A stretch of 64,000 bases of DNA, taken from positions 896,001 through 960,000 of the forward strand of contig JAYQLI010000035.1 in the NCBI GenBank assembly GCA_038143065.1, in the 5' to 3' direction. The position numbers and the translations under genes are program-made. How positions within the stretch are numbered: position 1 is the stretch's first letter; each line of letters starts with the position of its first letter. Origin of the DNA: Rhodospirillales bacterium (GTDB lineage: Bacteria > Pseudomonadota > Alphaproteobacteria > Bin95). Positions 12,102 to 22,423 of the stretch are shown here, piece after piece. The notes below the pieces were generated by a model, which saw only the letters and a list, made by a program, of their open reading frames with translations, made no database searches and was not told the origin of the DNA.

Positions 12102-12860
12102 ATGCATCAGCGCCACATTATAGATCTCACAAGTAAAACAGCTCTCATAACAGGCGGCAGCCGAGGCTTAGGTCGCGAAATTGCACTCGCCTATGCTGCT
12201 GCTGGCGCTGATATCATTATCGCAAGCCGCAAGATACAAAACTGCGAAGTCTTAGCAAAAGAAATAGAAGCTATGGGGCGCAAAGCGCTGCCGATTGCAG
12301 CGCATATCGGTCATTGGGAAGAGTGTGACCGTCTAATTAACGAGGCTTATGCACAATTCTCCAAAATAGATATCCTTGTAAATAATGCAGGGAAGAGCCC
12401 TGTTTATAATAAGCTCACTGAAATTAGTGAGAGGCTTTATGACGCCGTCCCAGACTTAAACTTAAAAGGCCCTTTTCGATTGTCTTCTGTTATTGGAGAA
12501 CGGATGGCTGCCGATAGTGGGGGGTCAATAATTAATATTTCAAGCTTCGCTGCAATTAGGCCTCGCGCTCACTTTGTTACATATGCAGCAGCTAAGGCCG
12601 GGATGAACGCAATGACTGAGGCAATGGCGGAGGCTCTAGGTCCAAAGGTGCGCGTAAACTGCATTATGCCAGGCCCATTCCTTACAGACGTTTCAAAAGC
12701 ATGGGATATGAAAGCCTTTTCTAAGCGGGCTGATGACCTTATCGCTCTGAAACGTGCAGGAAAGCCAGAAGAAATAGTAGGTGCCGCTCTTTATCTTGCT
12801 TCTGAGCACGCCAGCTTTACAACAGCTTCTACAATACGAGTGGATGGCGGTAGCCGATAA
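12102..12860 (+). CDS. SDR family oxidoreductase
   Basis: TGGSRGLG, NNAG, YAAAK, VDGG. Confidence 0.93.
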   Translation: MHQRHIIDLTSKTALITGGSRGLGREIALAYAAAGADIIIASRKIQNCEVLAKEIEAMGRKALPIAAHIGHWEECDRLINEAYAQFSKIDILVNNAGKSPVYNKLTEISERLYDAVPDLNLKGPFRLSSVIGERMAADSGGSIINISSFAAIRPRAHFVTYAAAKAGMNAMTEAMAEALGPKVRVNCIMPGPFLTDVSKAWDMKAFSKRADDLIALKRAGKPEEIVGAALYLASEHASFTTASTIRVDGGSR

Positions 12861-12919
12861 ATTTAATACTTATGTGTAAATTCAAGCTCGAGAATACTTT
12901 TTCAAAGTTTTTTACCAGG

Positions 12920-13668
12920 CTAATTAAGGCCAACTGCGGCACTCAAGGTAGGACCAATTTCTGCATTCAAAACTAAGTCAGCATATTGGTCTAACTCAGT
13001 AGACTCACGATTTAAGATAGCTAGTTTGGCGCCGTTCTGCTTAGCCATTAATGGAAACCCCGCCGCTGGATACACAACTAACGAAGATCAATGGCGATGA
13101 ATAAATCAGCTGCCAGGGTCACCTCTTGCGCCCTACGCATTTGTTCTTCGGGCATAGGCTGTCCAAAAGAAATTGTTGCTGTTTTTACATACTCGCTTCC
13201 GCATGTAGGGCATTCTGGAAGTGTTTCATCCCTTCTAAAGGGCTCTAGCACATTTTGCAGAGGAATTCGGCAGTCACAGTCAAGGCAAGAACAATAGGTA
13301 GAATTACCATGGAGTTCGATTACCTTTTCGTCTGGCACTCCAGATATTTGATGTAACCCGTCAATATTTTGGGTGATAACAGCGCTCGCTTTACCCCGCG
13401 AAATCAAGGAAGCGATGGCTTCATGACCTCTGTTAGGCTTAGCAACAGTTATGGTTTTATCTGTTTCAATTTTTCTTCGCCATGTTTCCCGCCGTGACTC
13501 GCGGCTAGACATAAAGTCATCAAAGTAGATTGGCTTGTATCGATCCCACACCCCACCTGGCGAGCGAAAATCTGGAATTCCAGACTCTGTTGAAACACCT
13601 GCACCTGTAAAAATTACAATTCGATTGGCCGCCGAAATTAGTTCGCGAAGACGATCAACTTTGGTCAT
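12920..13668 (-). CDS. Sir2-family NAD-dependent protein deacylase (frameshift near 13085)
   Basis: GAGVSTESGIPDFR, TQNIDGLH, ELHG, two CxxC. The shifted tail SSLVVYPAAGFP...AAVGLN* ends at 12920. Confidence 0.92.
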
Positions 13669-13832
13669 AAATTCTTTGGCCTTTCAAAAATTCAAAATTT
13701 TGAATACCGACAGTATGCCACAAAAAAATTTAACAAAAACAAGACATAAAATCGGGATTATCTTTTGCTATAACTCTGGCGCAAACAAAAACGCCTGTTT
13801 AGCTTAAAGATTGAACAAATGGAGTTTTCAGC

Positions 13833-14641
13833 ATGCAAGACTGGTCGGATGCAGATGGCAATTTGAAAGGCGTCGTCGAGGAAGGTGTTTTAACCATCAC
13901 TCTAAATCGGCCAGATGCTCTAAATGCGGTGACTGGAGACATGCTGCAGGCATTATTTAATCGGGTAAGTGAAGCAGCTGCAGATAACGATATCGGCTCA
14001 ATAATTCTTACAGGAGCTGGGCGTGGGTTTTGTGCCGGAGGAGATGTAAAAAATATGTCCAAAGGGTCGAGCGAGCGGACACTATGGAAGGACGTTTAGA
14101 GCCTCTCCGTCGTAAAATGGAGGTATCACGGCTTCTTCACGATATTCCTAAGCCAACCATTGCAATGCTCAGAGGACCAGCAGCCGGCGCTGGTTTATCG
14201 CTTGCCTTGGCCTGCGATATGCGGTTTGCAGACCCATCCACCCGAATTATCACAGCGTTTGCGCGGGTCGGTTTGTCTGGTGATTTTGGTGGATCATGGT
14301 TCCTTACCCGCTTAGTTGGCCCTGCAAAAGCTAAAGAACTCTACTTGAGCTCGCCCTCTGTTGAGTCCGAAGAAGCAATGAGGTTGGGGATATTGAATCG
14401 CATTTTTGAAGCTGATGCTCTCGCCAAAGAAACGCAACAATTTGCGGCTCAACTAGCAGCTGGTCCCCGTATTGCGCTGGCCCACATGAAGCGGAACCTG
14501 AATGCTGCTGAAACTAGCGACCTAGGAAGTCTGCTCGATCTTGAAGCTATTCATCATGCCCGCTGCGGAATGACTGAAGACCATCTTGAAGCAGCAAAAG
14601 CATTTGTTGAAAAGCGCAAACCCATATTTAAAGGTCGCTAA
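13833..14641 (+). CDS. Enoyl-CoA hydratase/isomerase family protein (frameshift near 14070)
   Basis: LNRPDALNA, FCAGGDV, GPAAGAG, EAAKAFVEKRKP. Confidence 0.9.
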
Positions 14642-14647
14642 TCACAA

Positions 14648-15424
14648 ATGCTGAGGCTCCGCCAAATATGTCTTGATGCAAAAGACCTCAAGCCAATTGT
14701 GAAGGAACTCAATGAGGTTCTGGGGTTAGAGGAATGTTTTCGTGACCCTGTTGTGGCTAAGTATGGCCTAGAGAATGTTTTAACTCCAATTGGTCGAAAT
14801 TTTCTTGAGATAGTCGCGCCAATTGAGCCTGGCACAGCAGCCGCCCGCTATCTTGAAAGGCGCAATGGGGATGGTGGATATATCGTTATCCTTCAATGCG
14901 ATGACACCAGTCGTCGCCGAAACTTATATTCAAAGCTAGGCATTCGAATTGCTAACTCGATGGATTATGGAGGTTTTATTGGGACTCAACTTCACCCAAA
15001 GGACACGGGTGGGTGCATGTTAGAAGTCGACTGGCAAGACGGCGACTTAATAGATGGGCCGTGGCATCCCGCTGGACAAACATGGGAAGAAACAATTAGC
15101 ACAGCCCACGTAATCGCGATGAAAGGCGCAATTTTGCAAACAAGCGACCCATGTGGATTAGCTATGCAATGGGGAAAAACTTTAGACCGAGACATTGTCC
15201 AAACTGCCAAGGGGTTCGGCATTGAGCTGGACAATGCTCTTTTGGATTTTGTGCTTCCAATTGATGACAGAGGTGACGGTTTGGTCGGGATTAACCTCGA
15301 AGTTAGCAACAAAGACTATATCCTGGAGGCCGCATCAAAGGTCGGGTTGCCCATAACAAAAGATAGCGTCACAATCTGCGGCACACATTTTTATCTCAGC
15401 AAAAATAATGGATGTATTTCATGA
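14648..15424 (+). CDS. VOC/glyoxalase-like domain protein
   Basis: LRLRQICL, FLEIVAP..GTAAARYL.RR.GDGGY, QLHPKD.GG. Confidence 0.75.
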   Translation: MLRLRQICLDAKDLKPIVKELNEVLGLEECFRDPVVAKYGLENVLTPIGRNFLEIVAPIEPGTAAARYLERRNGDGGYIVILQCDDTSRRRNLYSKLGIRIANSMDYGGFIGTQLHPKDTGGCMLEVDWQDGDLIDGPWHPAGQTWEETISTAHVIAMKGAILQTSDPCGLAMQWGKTLDRDIVQTAKGFGIELDNALLDFVLPIDDRGDGLVGINLEVSNKDYILEAASKVGLPITKDSVTICGTHFYLSKNNGCIS

Positions 15425-16308
15425 GCGCTGGCAAACGCCTGCCTGGCACCCCAGAACCAATGCATATCTGGAAGGGTGCTGATGGACTTGAAATTGCAGG
15501 TGATGCCTGGGGCCCTAAAACAGGTCGTCATGTCTTTCTCTTGCATGGAGGGGGCCAGACACGTCATGCGTGGAAAGGAGCTGGAGAAACTCTAGCCGAA
15601 GCTGGTTACCGAGCAATCGCTTTTGATGCCCGCGGCCATGGAGACTCTGCATGGGCCTCTAATGCCGGAGATTATTCTGGGGACAAGATGGTTGAAGACT
15701 TGACCGCTCTCATTGCTTCAGAAGGAGCCGAAAAACCAGCACTAGTTGGAGCATCAATGGGCGGCGGGACAAGTCTTCTTGCAACAGGATTTGGGCATGT
15801 TAATGCCGCTGCGCTTGTACTAGTGGACATCGCTCCACAGGTTGAGCCAGAGGGTGTAGCTAAAATACAGGCCTTTATGGACCAAAAACCTGACGGTTTT
15901 GAGAGTTTGGAAGAGGTCGCTGAAGCAATTTCTAATTATCAACCGCATAGAAAACGTCCCCGAACCCTGGATGGACTCGCAAAGAACGTCCGCATATCTG
16001 AAAATGGGAAATACGTATGGCACTGGGATCCTAAGAGACGCCAAACAAGAGCTGCTGCTTCTAGTGTCAATCCATACAGGCAACAATTATCGAATGCTGC
16101 CGATCACCTTAGCTTACCGACGTTGCTCGTGCGCGGGGGGCTTTCTGATGTACTAAGTGAGGCTGGAGCTCAAGCATTTTTGCAACAATGCCCCCATGCA
16201 GAGTATGTAAATGTGAAAGATGCAGCGCACATGGTTGCTGGTGATAGAAATGACATATTTGCTGATTCAGTAGTGAGTTTTTTAAAAAGGACCGCCCCCC
16301 CAAACTGA
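15421..16308 (+). CDS. Alpha/beta fold hydrolase
   Basis: LLHGGGQT, DARGHG, GASMGG nucleophile elbow, AAHMVAGD. ATGA overlap with the upstream gene. Confidence 0.92.
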   Translation: MSAGKRLPGTPEPMHIWKGADGLEIAGDAWGPKTGRHVFLLHGGGQTRHAWKGAGETLAEAGYRAIAFDARGHGDSAWASNAGDYSGDKMVEDLTALIASEGAEKPALVGASMGGGTSLLATGFGHVNAAALVLVDIAPQVEPEGVAKIQAFMDQKPDGFESLEEVAEAISNYQPHRKRPRTLDGLAKNVRISENGKYVWHWDPKRRQTRAAASSVNPYRQQLSNAADHLSLPTLLVRGGLSDVLSEAGAQAFLQQCPHAEYVNVKDAAHMVAGDRNDIFADSVVSFLKRTAPPN

Positions 16309-16546
16309 TTTAATTGCTTGTTGCTTTCATATTGTCGATTGCATGCAGCAGCTAAATTTCACCGAAGAACTTATGTGTGATCCATACGAAAGCTAACTTC
16401 GTACGTAAGGTTATCTCCTAAGAGTTTTGCAGCTAACCTCTTACGAGTTCAGGTCTTCAAATAACGGTAGGTCAGAGGATCCAGGCTTTTGGCTATTGTC
16501 GTTTACACCAATTATTTTTCTCATTTACCCAAAGGTCGCCATTAAC

Positions 16547-16912
16547 ATGAGAAATCCAAAGGTGTTCTTTGATGGAGATTGCCCAGTTTGTTCACGTGAG
16601 ATTGATTTTTATCAGCGCAGATCAGGTGCAGAACAGATAGAATGGGTTGATGTTAATTCATGTGAAGACGTCAGTCTCCCCCCAGGCTTGGACCGCTCTA
16701 CTCTCCTAACACGCTTCCACGTTGTCGATCGGAAAGGCGAAGTCCACGAAGGTGCCGCCGCGTTTATTGCTCTATGGCGTGAGCTCCCAAGCTTCAAGGC
16801 TCCTGCAAACCTTCTTGGCTCACGTCTCGTCCTTCCAGTCCTTGAAAAGCTATATGTGTTTTTTCTCGTAGTGCGTTATAAATTCAAAATAAATCGAGAG
16901 TTCAAAAAATAA
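16547..16912 (+). CDS. DCC1-like thiol-disulfide oxidoreductase (DUF393)
   Basis: VFFDGDCPVCSREI (DxxCxxC), RFHV, GAAAF..LW. Confidence 0.88.
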   Translation: MRNPKVFFDGDCPVCSREIDFYQRRSGAEQIEWVDVNSCEDVSLPPGLDRSTLLTRFHVVDRKGEVHEGAAAFIALWRELPSFKAPANLLGSRLVLPVLEKLYVFFLVVRYKFKINREFKK

Positions 16913-16978
16913 ACTGCCCCTTCTCACCTTTATGAGCTCAAGCTTTGTAGCAAGAGCACAAAATTTTAGAGACTAAAC

Positions 16979-18013
16979 ATGCATGCTCCAATATTGTTCC
17001 CTGAAAATCATCCGCCATTGCCAAGCCCAAAAATTGGGGTGCTTCTCTTAAATCTCGGCACTCCAAATGGAACCGACTATTGGTCAATGCGTCGTTATCT
17101 TTCCGAATTCCTGTCTGATCGGCGGATTATTGAATTATCGCCAGCGCTTTGGCAGCCAATTTTGCAGGGAATAATCCTGAATATACGGCCCAAAAAATCA
17201 GGAGCCGCTTATGCCCGTATATGGAATAAAGAAAAAGATGAGTCCCCTTTGCGGACCACCACTCGGGATCTCACCGAAAAGGTCGCTGCTTTACTCCAAT
17301 CAGACAACCCCAATGTCATGGTTGAGTATGCAATGCGATACGGAGACCCATCCACCTCGAGCGTTATAGAAGAGATGATAAAAGCTGGATGCGATAGGCT
17401 TTTACTTCTGCCTCTATATCCTCAGTACAGCGCGGCAACAGTTGGTACCGCATGCGATCAAGCCTTCAGACAACTAATGCGTGAGCGCTGGCAACCATCC
17501 GTTAGAACGGTACCTCCATGGTATGACGATATAAATCATATCGATCTTTTAGCTGAGTCCATCGAAAATCATTATAAAAGCCTCGATTGGACACCAGATG
17601 CGCTGGTTGCTTCATTCCATGGCTTACCAGTTGAGTATTTTAAAAAGGGTGACCCCTACCACTGTCATTGCGCAAAGACAGCTAGGATGCTCCGTGAGCG
17701 GTTAGGTTGGGATAAGGATAAACTACTAATGGTTTTCCAATCTCGTTTTGGGCCAAAGGAGTGGCTTCAGCCTTATGCCGATGAAACAGTTAAATCATTG
17801 CCGGCAAAAGGGATAAAAAATATTGCAGTGATATCTCCTGGGTTCATTGCTGATTGTGTGGAAACTTTAGATGAGTTGGCGATAGAATTAGCACACGAAT
17901 TTCATACCGCTGGTGGTGAGAATTTCTCCTACATCCCATGCTTAAACGACGATGAAAATCATGCTCGGTTTATCGCAGCAATGGCTACTCGCGAGCTTTC
18001 CGGATGGCTTTAA
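16979..18013 (+). CDS. hemH: Ferrochelatase
   Basis: GVLLLNLGTP, YLSEFLSDRR, PLYPQYS, SFHGLP, FQSRFG..EWLQPY, DCVETLDE. Confidence 0.97.
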   Translation: MHAPILFPENHPPLPSPKIGVLLLNLGTPNGTDYWSMRRYLSEFLSDRRIIELSPALWQPILQGIILNIRPKKSGAAYARIWNKEKDESPLRTTTRDLTEKVAALLQSDNPNVMVEYAMRYGDPSTSSVIEEMIKAGCDRLLLLPLYPQYSAATVGTACDQAFRQLMRERWQPSVRTVPPWYDDINHIDLLAESIENHYKSLDWTPDALVASFHGLPVEYFKKGDPYHCHCAKTARMLRERLGWDKDKLLMVFQSRFGPKEWLQPYADETVKSLPAKGIKNIAVISPGFIADCVETLDELAIELAHEFHTAGGENFSYIPCLNDDENHARFIAAMATRELSGWL

Positions 18014-18118
18014 GCAGAGGTGCTCAAAAAGAAGTAATAATTCTTGCTACCTTGGTCATTTTGGCGCGGATTGAGAAGATTAAATAGACTAACGTAACAG
18101 GTCTTATTTCCTTATCCT

Positions 18119-19351
18119 TTGGCTATGGAATCTCGGTCTTACCAACTTCTAAGAAATTGGAACTTCCTGCTATTTGTTGCCGGGCGGTCCGCTAACACTC
18201 TAGCCGTCCATGGTCTAACGGTCGCTATTGGTTGGCATGTATATAAACTAACAAGTGATCCTTTAGATTTAGGTCTAGTAGGATTAGCGCAATTTGCTCC
18301 AGCATTTGTATTTTTCTTGGCTGCCGGAATAGCGGCAGATCGATTTGAAAGACGTTCAATATTAGCCATTTGCGCCGCTGCTCATTTTATTGTGACACTC
18401 GCGCTTTTCTGGGCCGTTACAAATGCTCTCAGCGTTAACTTAATATTCCTACTTCTCGCTTTGCATGGAACAGCTCGATCCTTCTATCATACAGCAAGTC
18501 AAGCCGTACTCCCCAACCTTGTCACAAAAGAACAATTTCCCAACGCGATTGCCTGGTCCTCTTCTGCCAATAAAGCTGGACAGCTCCTCGGCCCGGCCGC
18601 AGCAGGAGGCCTAATCGCGTGGATCGGAGATAGCGTTTATTGGCCTATCTTAGCCATGTTTGCTCTGGCTGGATTTGCTGCTGCTGCACTACCAAAAACT
18701 AAAAATAAAAGGATAGGTAAGACAGGAAATCTGTCAGAAATAATGGGTGGATTTGTTTACGTCTGGAGAGAGAAAATAGTCCTTGGTGCGATAACAATAG
18801 ACTTGTTAGCGGTTATGCTAGGCAGGGTGATGGGCTTACTTCCAATATATGCTGCTGACATTTTGCATGTTGGACCAGAAGGACTAGGCATAATGCGGGC
18901 AATGCCAGGAGTGGGCTCGTTAGTCGTTGGAATCGGATTAGCACAACTAGCGGCCCCCAGGCATATGGGACCGATGATGTTCATATCATTATTTGCCTTT
19001 GGAATATCGATTGTTGTGTTCAGTATTTCGACTGTATTTTGGCTGTCTCTAGCTGCGCTCGCACTCTATGGCGGGGCCGATATGATAAGCGTTTATGTCC
19101 GACAGACTTTGACGCAAATTGCTACCCCCGACTATATGCGCGGGCGTGTATCAGCAGTTAATTCCATCTCTATCAATGCCTCAAATGAGCTTGGAGATTT
19201 TAGAGCAGGAATTACAGCCGCAGCCATAGGTGCGATCCCAGCCGTACTAGTAGGTGGGATTGCAGTATGTGGGATCACTTTACTGTGGGCTTATTTATTC
19301 CCTGAGATCCGAAGAGTAGACCGCCTCAGAGATGTACAGCCTAACTTGTAA
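18119..19351 (+). CDS. MFS transporter (EntS/H+ antiporter-like)
   Basis: About 12 hydrophobic segments, G..ADRFERR, TPDYMRGRVSA. Confidence 0.9.
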   Translation: MAMESRSYQLLRNWNFLLFVAGRSANTLAVHGLTVAIGWHVYKLTSDPLDLGLVGLAQFAPAFVFFLAAGIAADRFERRSILAICAAAHFIVTLALFWAVTNALSVNLIFLLLALHGTARSFYHTASQAVLPNLVTKEQFPNAIAWSSSANKAGQLLGPAAAGGLIAWIGDSVYWPILAMFALAGFAAAALPKTKNKRIGKTGNLSEIMGGFVYVWREKIVLGAITIDLLAVMLGRVMGLLPIYAADILHVGPEGLGIMRAMPGVGSLVVGIGLAQLAAPRHMGPMMFISLFAFGISIVVFSISTVFWLSLAALALYGGADMISVYVRQTLTQIATPDYMRGRVSAVNSISINASNELGDFRAGITAAAIGAIPAVLVGGIAVCGITLLWAYLFPEIRRVDRLRDVQPNL

Positions 19352-19862
19352 TAATCTCAATTCCTCTGACAATTGCAGCATTAGCCTGTGCGGCAAGAGC
19401 TGTTTCGCTAGCCGAGGAAATTGGGTGATCAATTACAGCGAACCTGTAATCTTCAGCCCCCAAGGCCCGAGCCATAAGGTCAGCTGCACTCTCAAACTTA
19501 GAGGTCATCACCCCTACGGAAGGAACTCCCGCTTTTTCGGCCGCAATAGCGTCATGCAAACTGCACGACGAGCAGCTTCCTCAGTCACCTATCCCTGCAA
19601 AGGCCACATCCCAAGTGCTGGCTTCTGCAAGTATCTCAGGTTCCATCGGCGCGGAATAATTTCCTTTGGTTCGAATTATCACTTGGCCAGCACCAAAGTC
19701 CTTTAATAGTTGCTGCTCCATCGCTGAGAAAAACTGGACCGTGCCTCTTTTCCCATTTGAAATAAGGCCAACCGTTTTGCCCACCAAATCAGTAACTCTG
19801 GGAGCAAGTTCAAAAATTGCTCCTCCAGAAGCATACGTAGGATCAAATACTTTTATGCTCAT
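19341..19862 (-). CDS. UGSC-family selenoprotein, 173 aa, in-frame UGA at 19581-19583 read as Sec
   Basis: ORFs 19581-19862 and 19341-19559 are in the same frame, separated only by TGA: ...GIGD-U-GSCSSCSLHDAIAAEKAGVP... A GGAG RBS lies upstream and a hairpin lies downstream of the UGA. Confidence 0.88.
19550..19570 (-). promoter_or_regulatory. Putative bacterial SECIS element
   Basis: mRNA CGUCGUGCA-GUU-UGCAUGACG: 9-bp stem with one G-U pair, starting 11 nt after the UGA, apical G at +20. Confidence 0.7.
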
Positions 19863-19877
19863 ATCGCAACAAACTCC

Positions 19878-20923
19878 TTAAGCTTCGCAGTCAACGCAAG
19901 CGCCAACAGCCATAGTGACAGCCCGGCTTTTCCAGCCAAACCAAGGCGGAATGACAGCACCAAACCCCCAGCGGGCCCTCCAGCGGCAATGACTAATAAA
20001 TCATCAGATGATGGCAAGGCCCGGAACACCTCTTCTCCTCGCTCATCAACAACCATGCCTTTTCCACAACTTGCCCAATCACCTCGTGTAACTCGAGCCT
20101 TTTCAAACACAAACTGCCTAATATCTGCCTTAGACCAATTTGCCTTCTCAAAATGAGAGCGAAGTTGCGGTGGTACCACAATGGCAAAATTTCCTGACCA
20201 TATTGAATAGTGCAGCATGGATGCTTTTATTTCAGCTACAAACGTTTCAAGTATCTGCTCTGGCTCGGTCGTCCACTCATTCATAATTTGCCGTGGTGCA
20301 CCGGCTGACATAACCGTTACCGCAGACGCACCATCAGGAGAGCCACGCTCCACCGAAAGTGGAACCCACGCTGTATTTTCTTCATCTTCTGCTACGCAAT
20401 AAGAGATCTTTCCAGGATGTCCTAGTGTGGATCTGTCCACCTCACCGGGTCTAACATCCATCAAATTATAAAGTGCGAGACGAATTGCGCGGCCAATGGC
20501 CATCGTCGCCCTATCGCTTGCCCCAAGAGCATTAAACGTACCGTCCATTCCGAGTTCTTTTCGGGTTGGACCATTAATGATGGATAAGACCACACATCCG
20601 CCGGTAGACGAAGAGGCTCCATGAAGGAGGAACTCATCCTGCAGCATCGCCGTCCAGGCTGTAACGACCAAAGGAAAGTGCATAGGTAAACAGCCTGCCA
20701 TTACAGAGTTTATCGCTAATTTCTCTGCAATGATTGGCCTCGCGCGCACAGGCTCGACCCCAATCAGACTATCCGGCTCTAACATGGCCCACTCTAAGTG
20801 CGCTTTAACAAGGTCAGCGGTAGGTGGAATAATAGGAAGTCCATCTGTCCACTTCCGACTGTGAAAGTATTCCTGAGCTGCAAGCGCATCTTCGACTGTA
20901 TGAATTTCAGATTGAAAATTCAT
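19878..20923 (-). CDS. Conserved hypothetical protein (W-TDGLPIIPPT family), putative partner of the UGSC selenoprotein; frameshift near 19962
   Basis: WTDGLPIIPPT, KLAINSVMAGC, SSTGG, TLGHPGK. The corrected tail GGFGAVIPPWFGWKSRAVTMAVGACVDCEA* stops right before the next gene's RBS. Confidence 0.8.
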
Positions 20924-20924
20924 T

Positions 20925-21116
20925 CTACTTTATTCCACTTCTAACGCCCACATTCACAGCATTATCGTTTTCGGAATATTGAAACGCATCATGCAGCGCT
21001 TGCACCGTTTCGATGACGCACCCGTTAGGGCATTCCAGGCGATTAATTTCAACGACATAGTCCGGTCCCTGGCGTTCAACCAGAACCATTCCGTCAGCGC
21101 AAGATTCTGTGTTCAT
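20925..21116 (-). pseudogene. Truncated enoyl-CoA hydratase N-terminal remnant
   Basis: VLVERQGP..VVEINR.E..N....TVQALHDAF...END.AV.VGV resembles the crotonase N-terminus. It ends after 63 aa. Confidence 0.55.
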
Positions 21117-21376
21117 TGACTTCCCCCACCTTCACGGATGATTGTCAAACAACCTGATTTCAGAGTTCTGGACCGCGCCTGAGATGCCGCACCGGCAGTC
21201 GAGATAGTTGAAACCCTGAAAAATATTATCCACGGAAAGACCTGGTTTTGAGCGCGGAAGGACTTCCGCATGTTGTGAACATGACATTCCGTCTTTTTCT
21301 AGCTGGACAATTTAAATGTCAATTAGATATTGATCAGAAAAATTAATGCAAATTTTAAATAATAGGTTTTACCCCA

Positions 21377-22297
21377 ATGAATCAGCCGTTTCCCGATATC
21401 AGTTACAAACATTTGAACGCCATTGTTTCGCTAGCGCGTTTTAGGAGCTTTATTGCCGCAGCAAGTTATCTCGGAATTTCGCAGCCAAATCTCACTCGGA
21501 TCGTGCAGCAAACCGAGAAGAAATTGAAAACTGATCTTTTTATACGGAGCCAACGAAATGTGTCGCTGACGCCCGCAGGCCAGGCGTTTTTGCCGTTTGC
21601 AGAGCACGCTGTCAGCGAATTCATACAACAAGCGGAAAACCTTCAGGCAAGCCACACCGTTCCCGAAACCCAGCTGAACATCTCATGCCTGATGTCCATC
21701 TCGCACCTCGTTTTGCCGATGGCCCTAGTAGAATTCAGAAAAGCCTATCCGCAAGTGGCTGTCGAAATCCGTGAAGGTGTGGAAAGTACAGTCCATGATG
21801 ATATTCGCGAGGGCAGAGTAGATTTCGGTATCGGCAGTATTGATGATCAACCGCCCAATGTGATCGTCGAATCAGTCATGGAAGAGCCCTTGTGTGCGGT
21901 ACTGCCACGGGACCACCCGCTCGTACGCAACGACGTTCTGAGGCTGCTAGACTTAAAGGAAACACCAATTATATCGATGCCCGTCAGTTCCGGGCTTCGA
22001 CGCGTCATTGACGCGGCAGCCATCAAAATGGGCATCCGTCTTGTCCATGACGTGGTTACAAACCAGTACAATTCGTTATTCAGTTTTGTGTCGAACGGAC
22101 TGGGTATTGCGATCGTGCCGGCATCGGTGTTGCCTCCTGTTGCAGATGATTACTTTGTCGTACGCTCACTAACACCCTCAATGACACGGCAAATCGGTGT
22201 GATGCATCTTAACGACAGCCCCCTCAGTGCTGCCTCTGAATCATTCTTGCGCACGCTCCGTCCCATGTTGACCGAAGCGATAGCTGGGTCACGATAG
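21377..22297 (+). CDS. LysR family transcriptional regulator
   Basis: SFIAAASYLGISQPNLTRIVQQTE..L...LF.R..R.V.LT.AG HTH, VDFGI, V.NGLGIAIVP. Confidence 0.95.
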   Translation: MNQPFPDISYKHLNAIVSLARFRSFIAAASYLGISQPNLTRIVQQTEKKLKTDLFIRSQRNVSLTPAGQAFLPFAEHAVSEFIQQAENLQASHTVPETQLNISCLMSISHLVLPMALVEFRKAYPQVAVEIREGVESTVHDDIREGRVDFGIGSIDDQPPNVIVESVMEEPLCAVLPRDHPLVRNDVLRLLDLKETPIISMPVSSGLRRVIDAAAIKMGIRLVHDVVTNQYNSLFSFVSNGLGIAIVPASVLPPVADDYFVVRSLTPSMTRQIGVMHLNDSPLSAASESFLRTLRPMLTEAIAGSR

Positions 22298-22423
22298 CCT
22301 GAATTCCGTCCACAACCTGACAAGGCAAGTTATTTGCTTCATTCGTCTGAAAGCCAGTCACACAGCGGATTTCAAATTAACTTGGCCTTGAATACCGCAA
22401 CGGGTCATTTTTCCCATTCCCGA

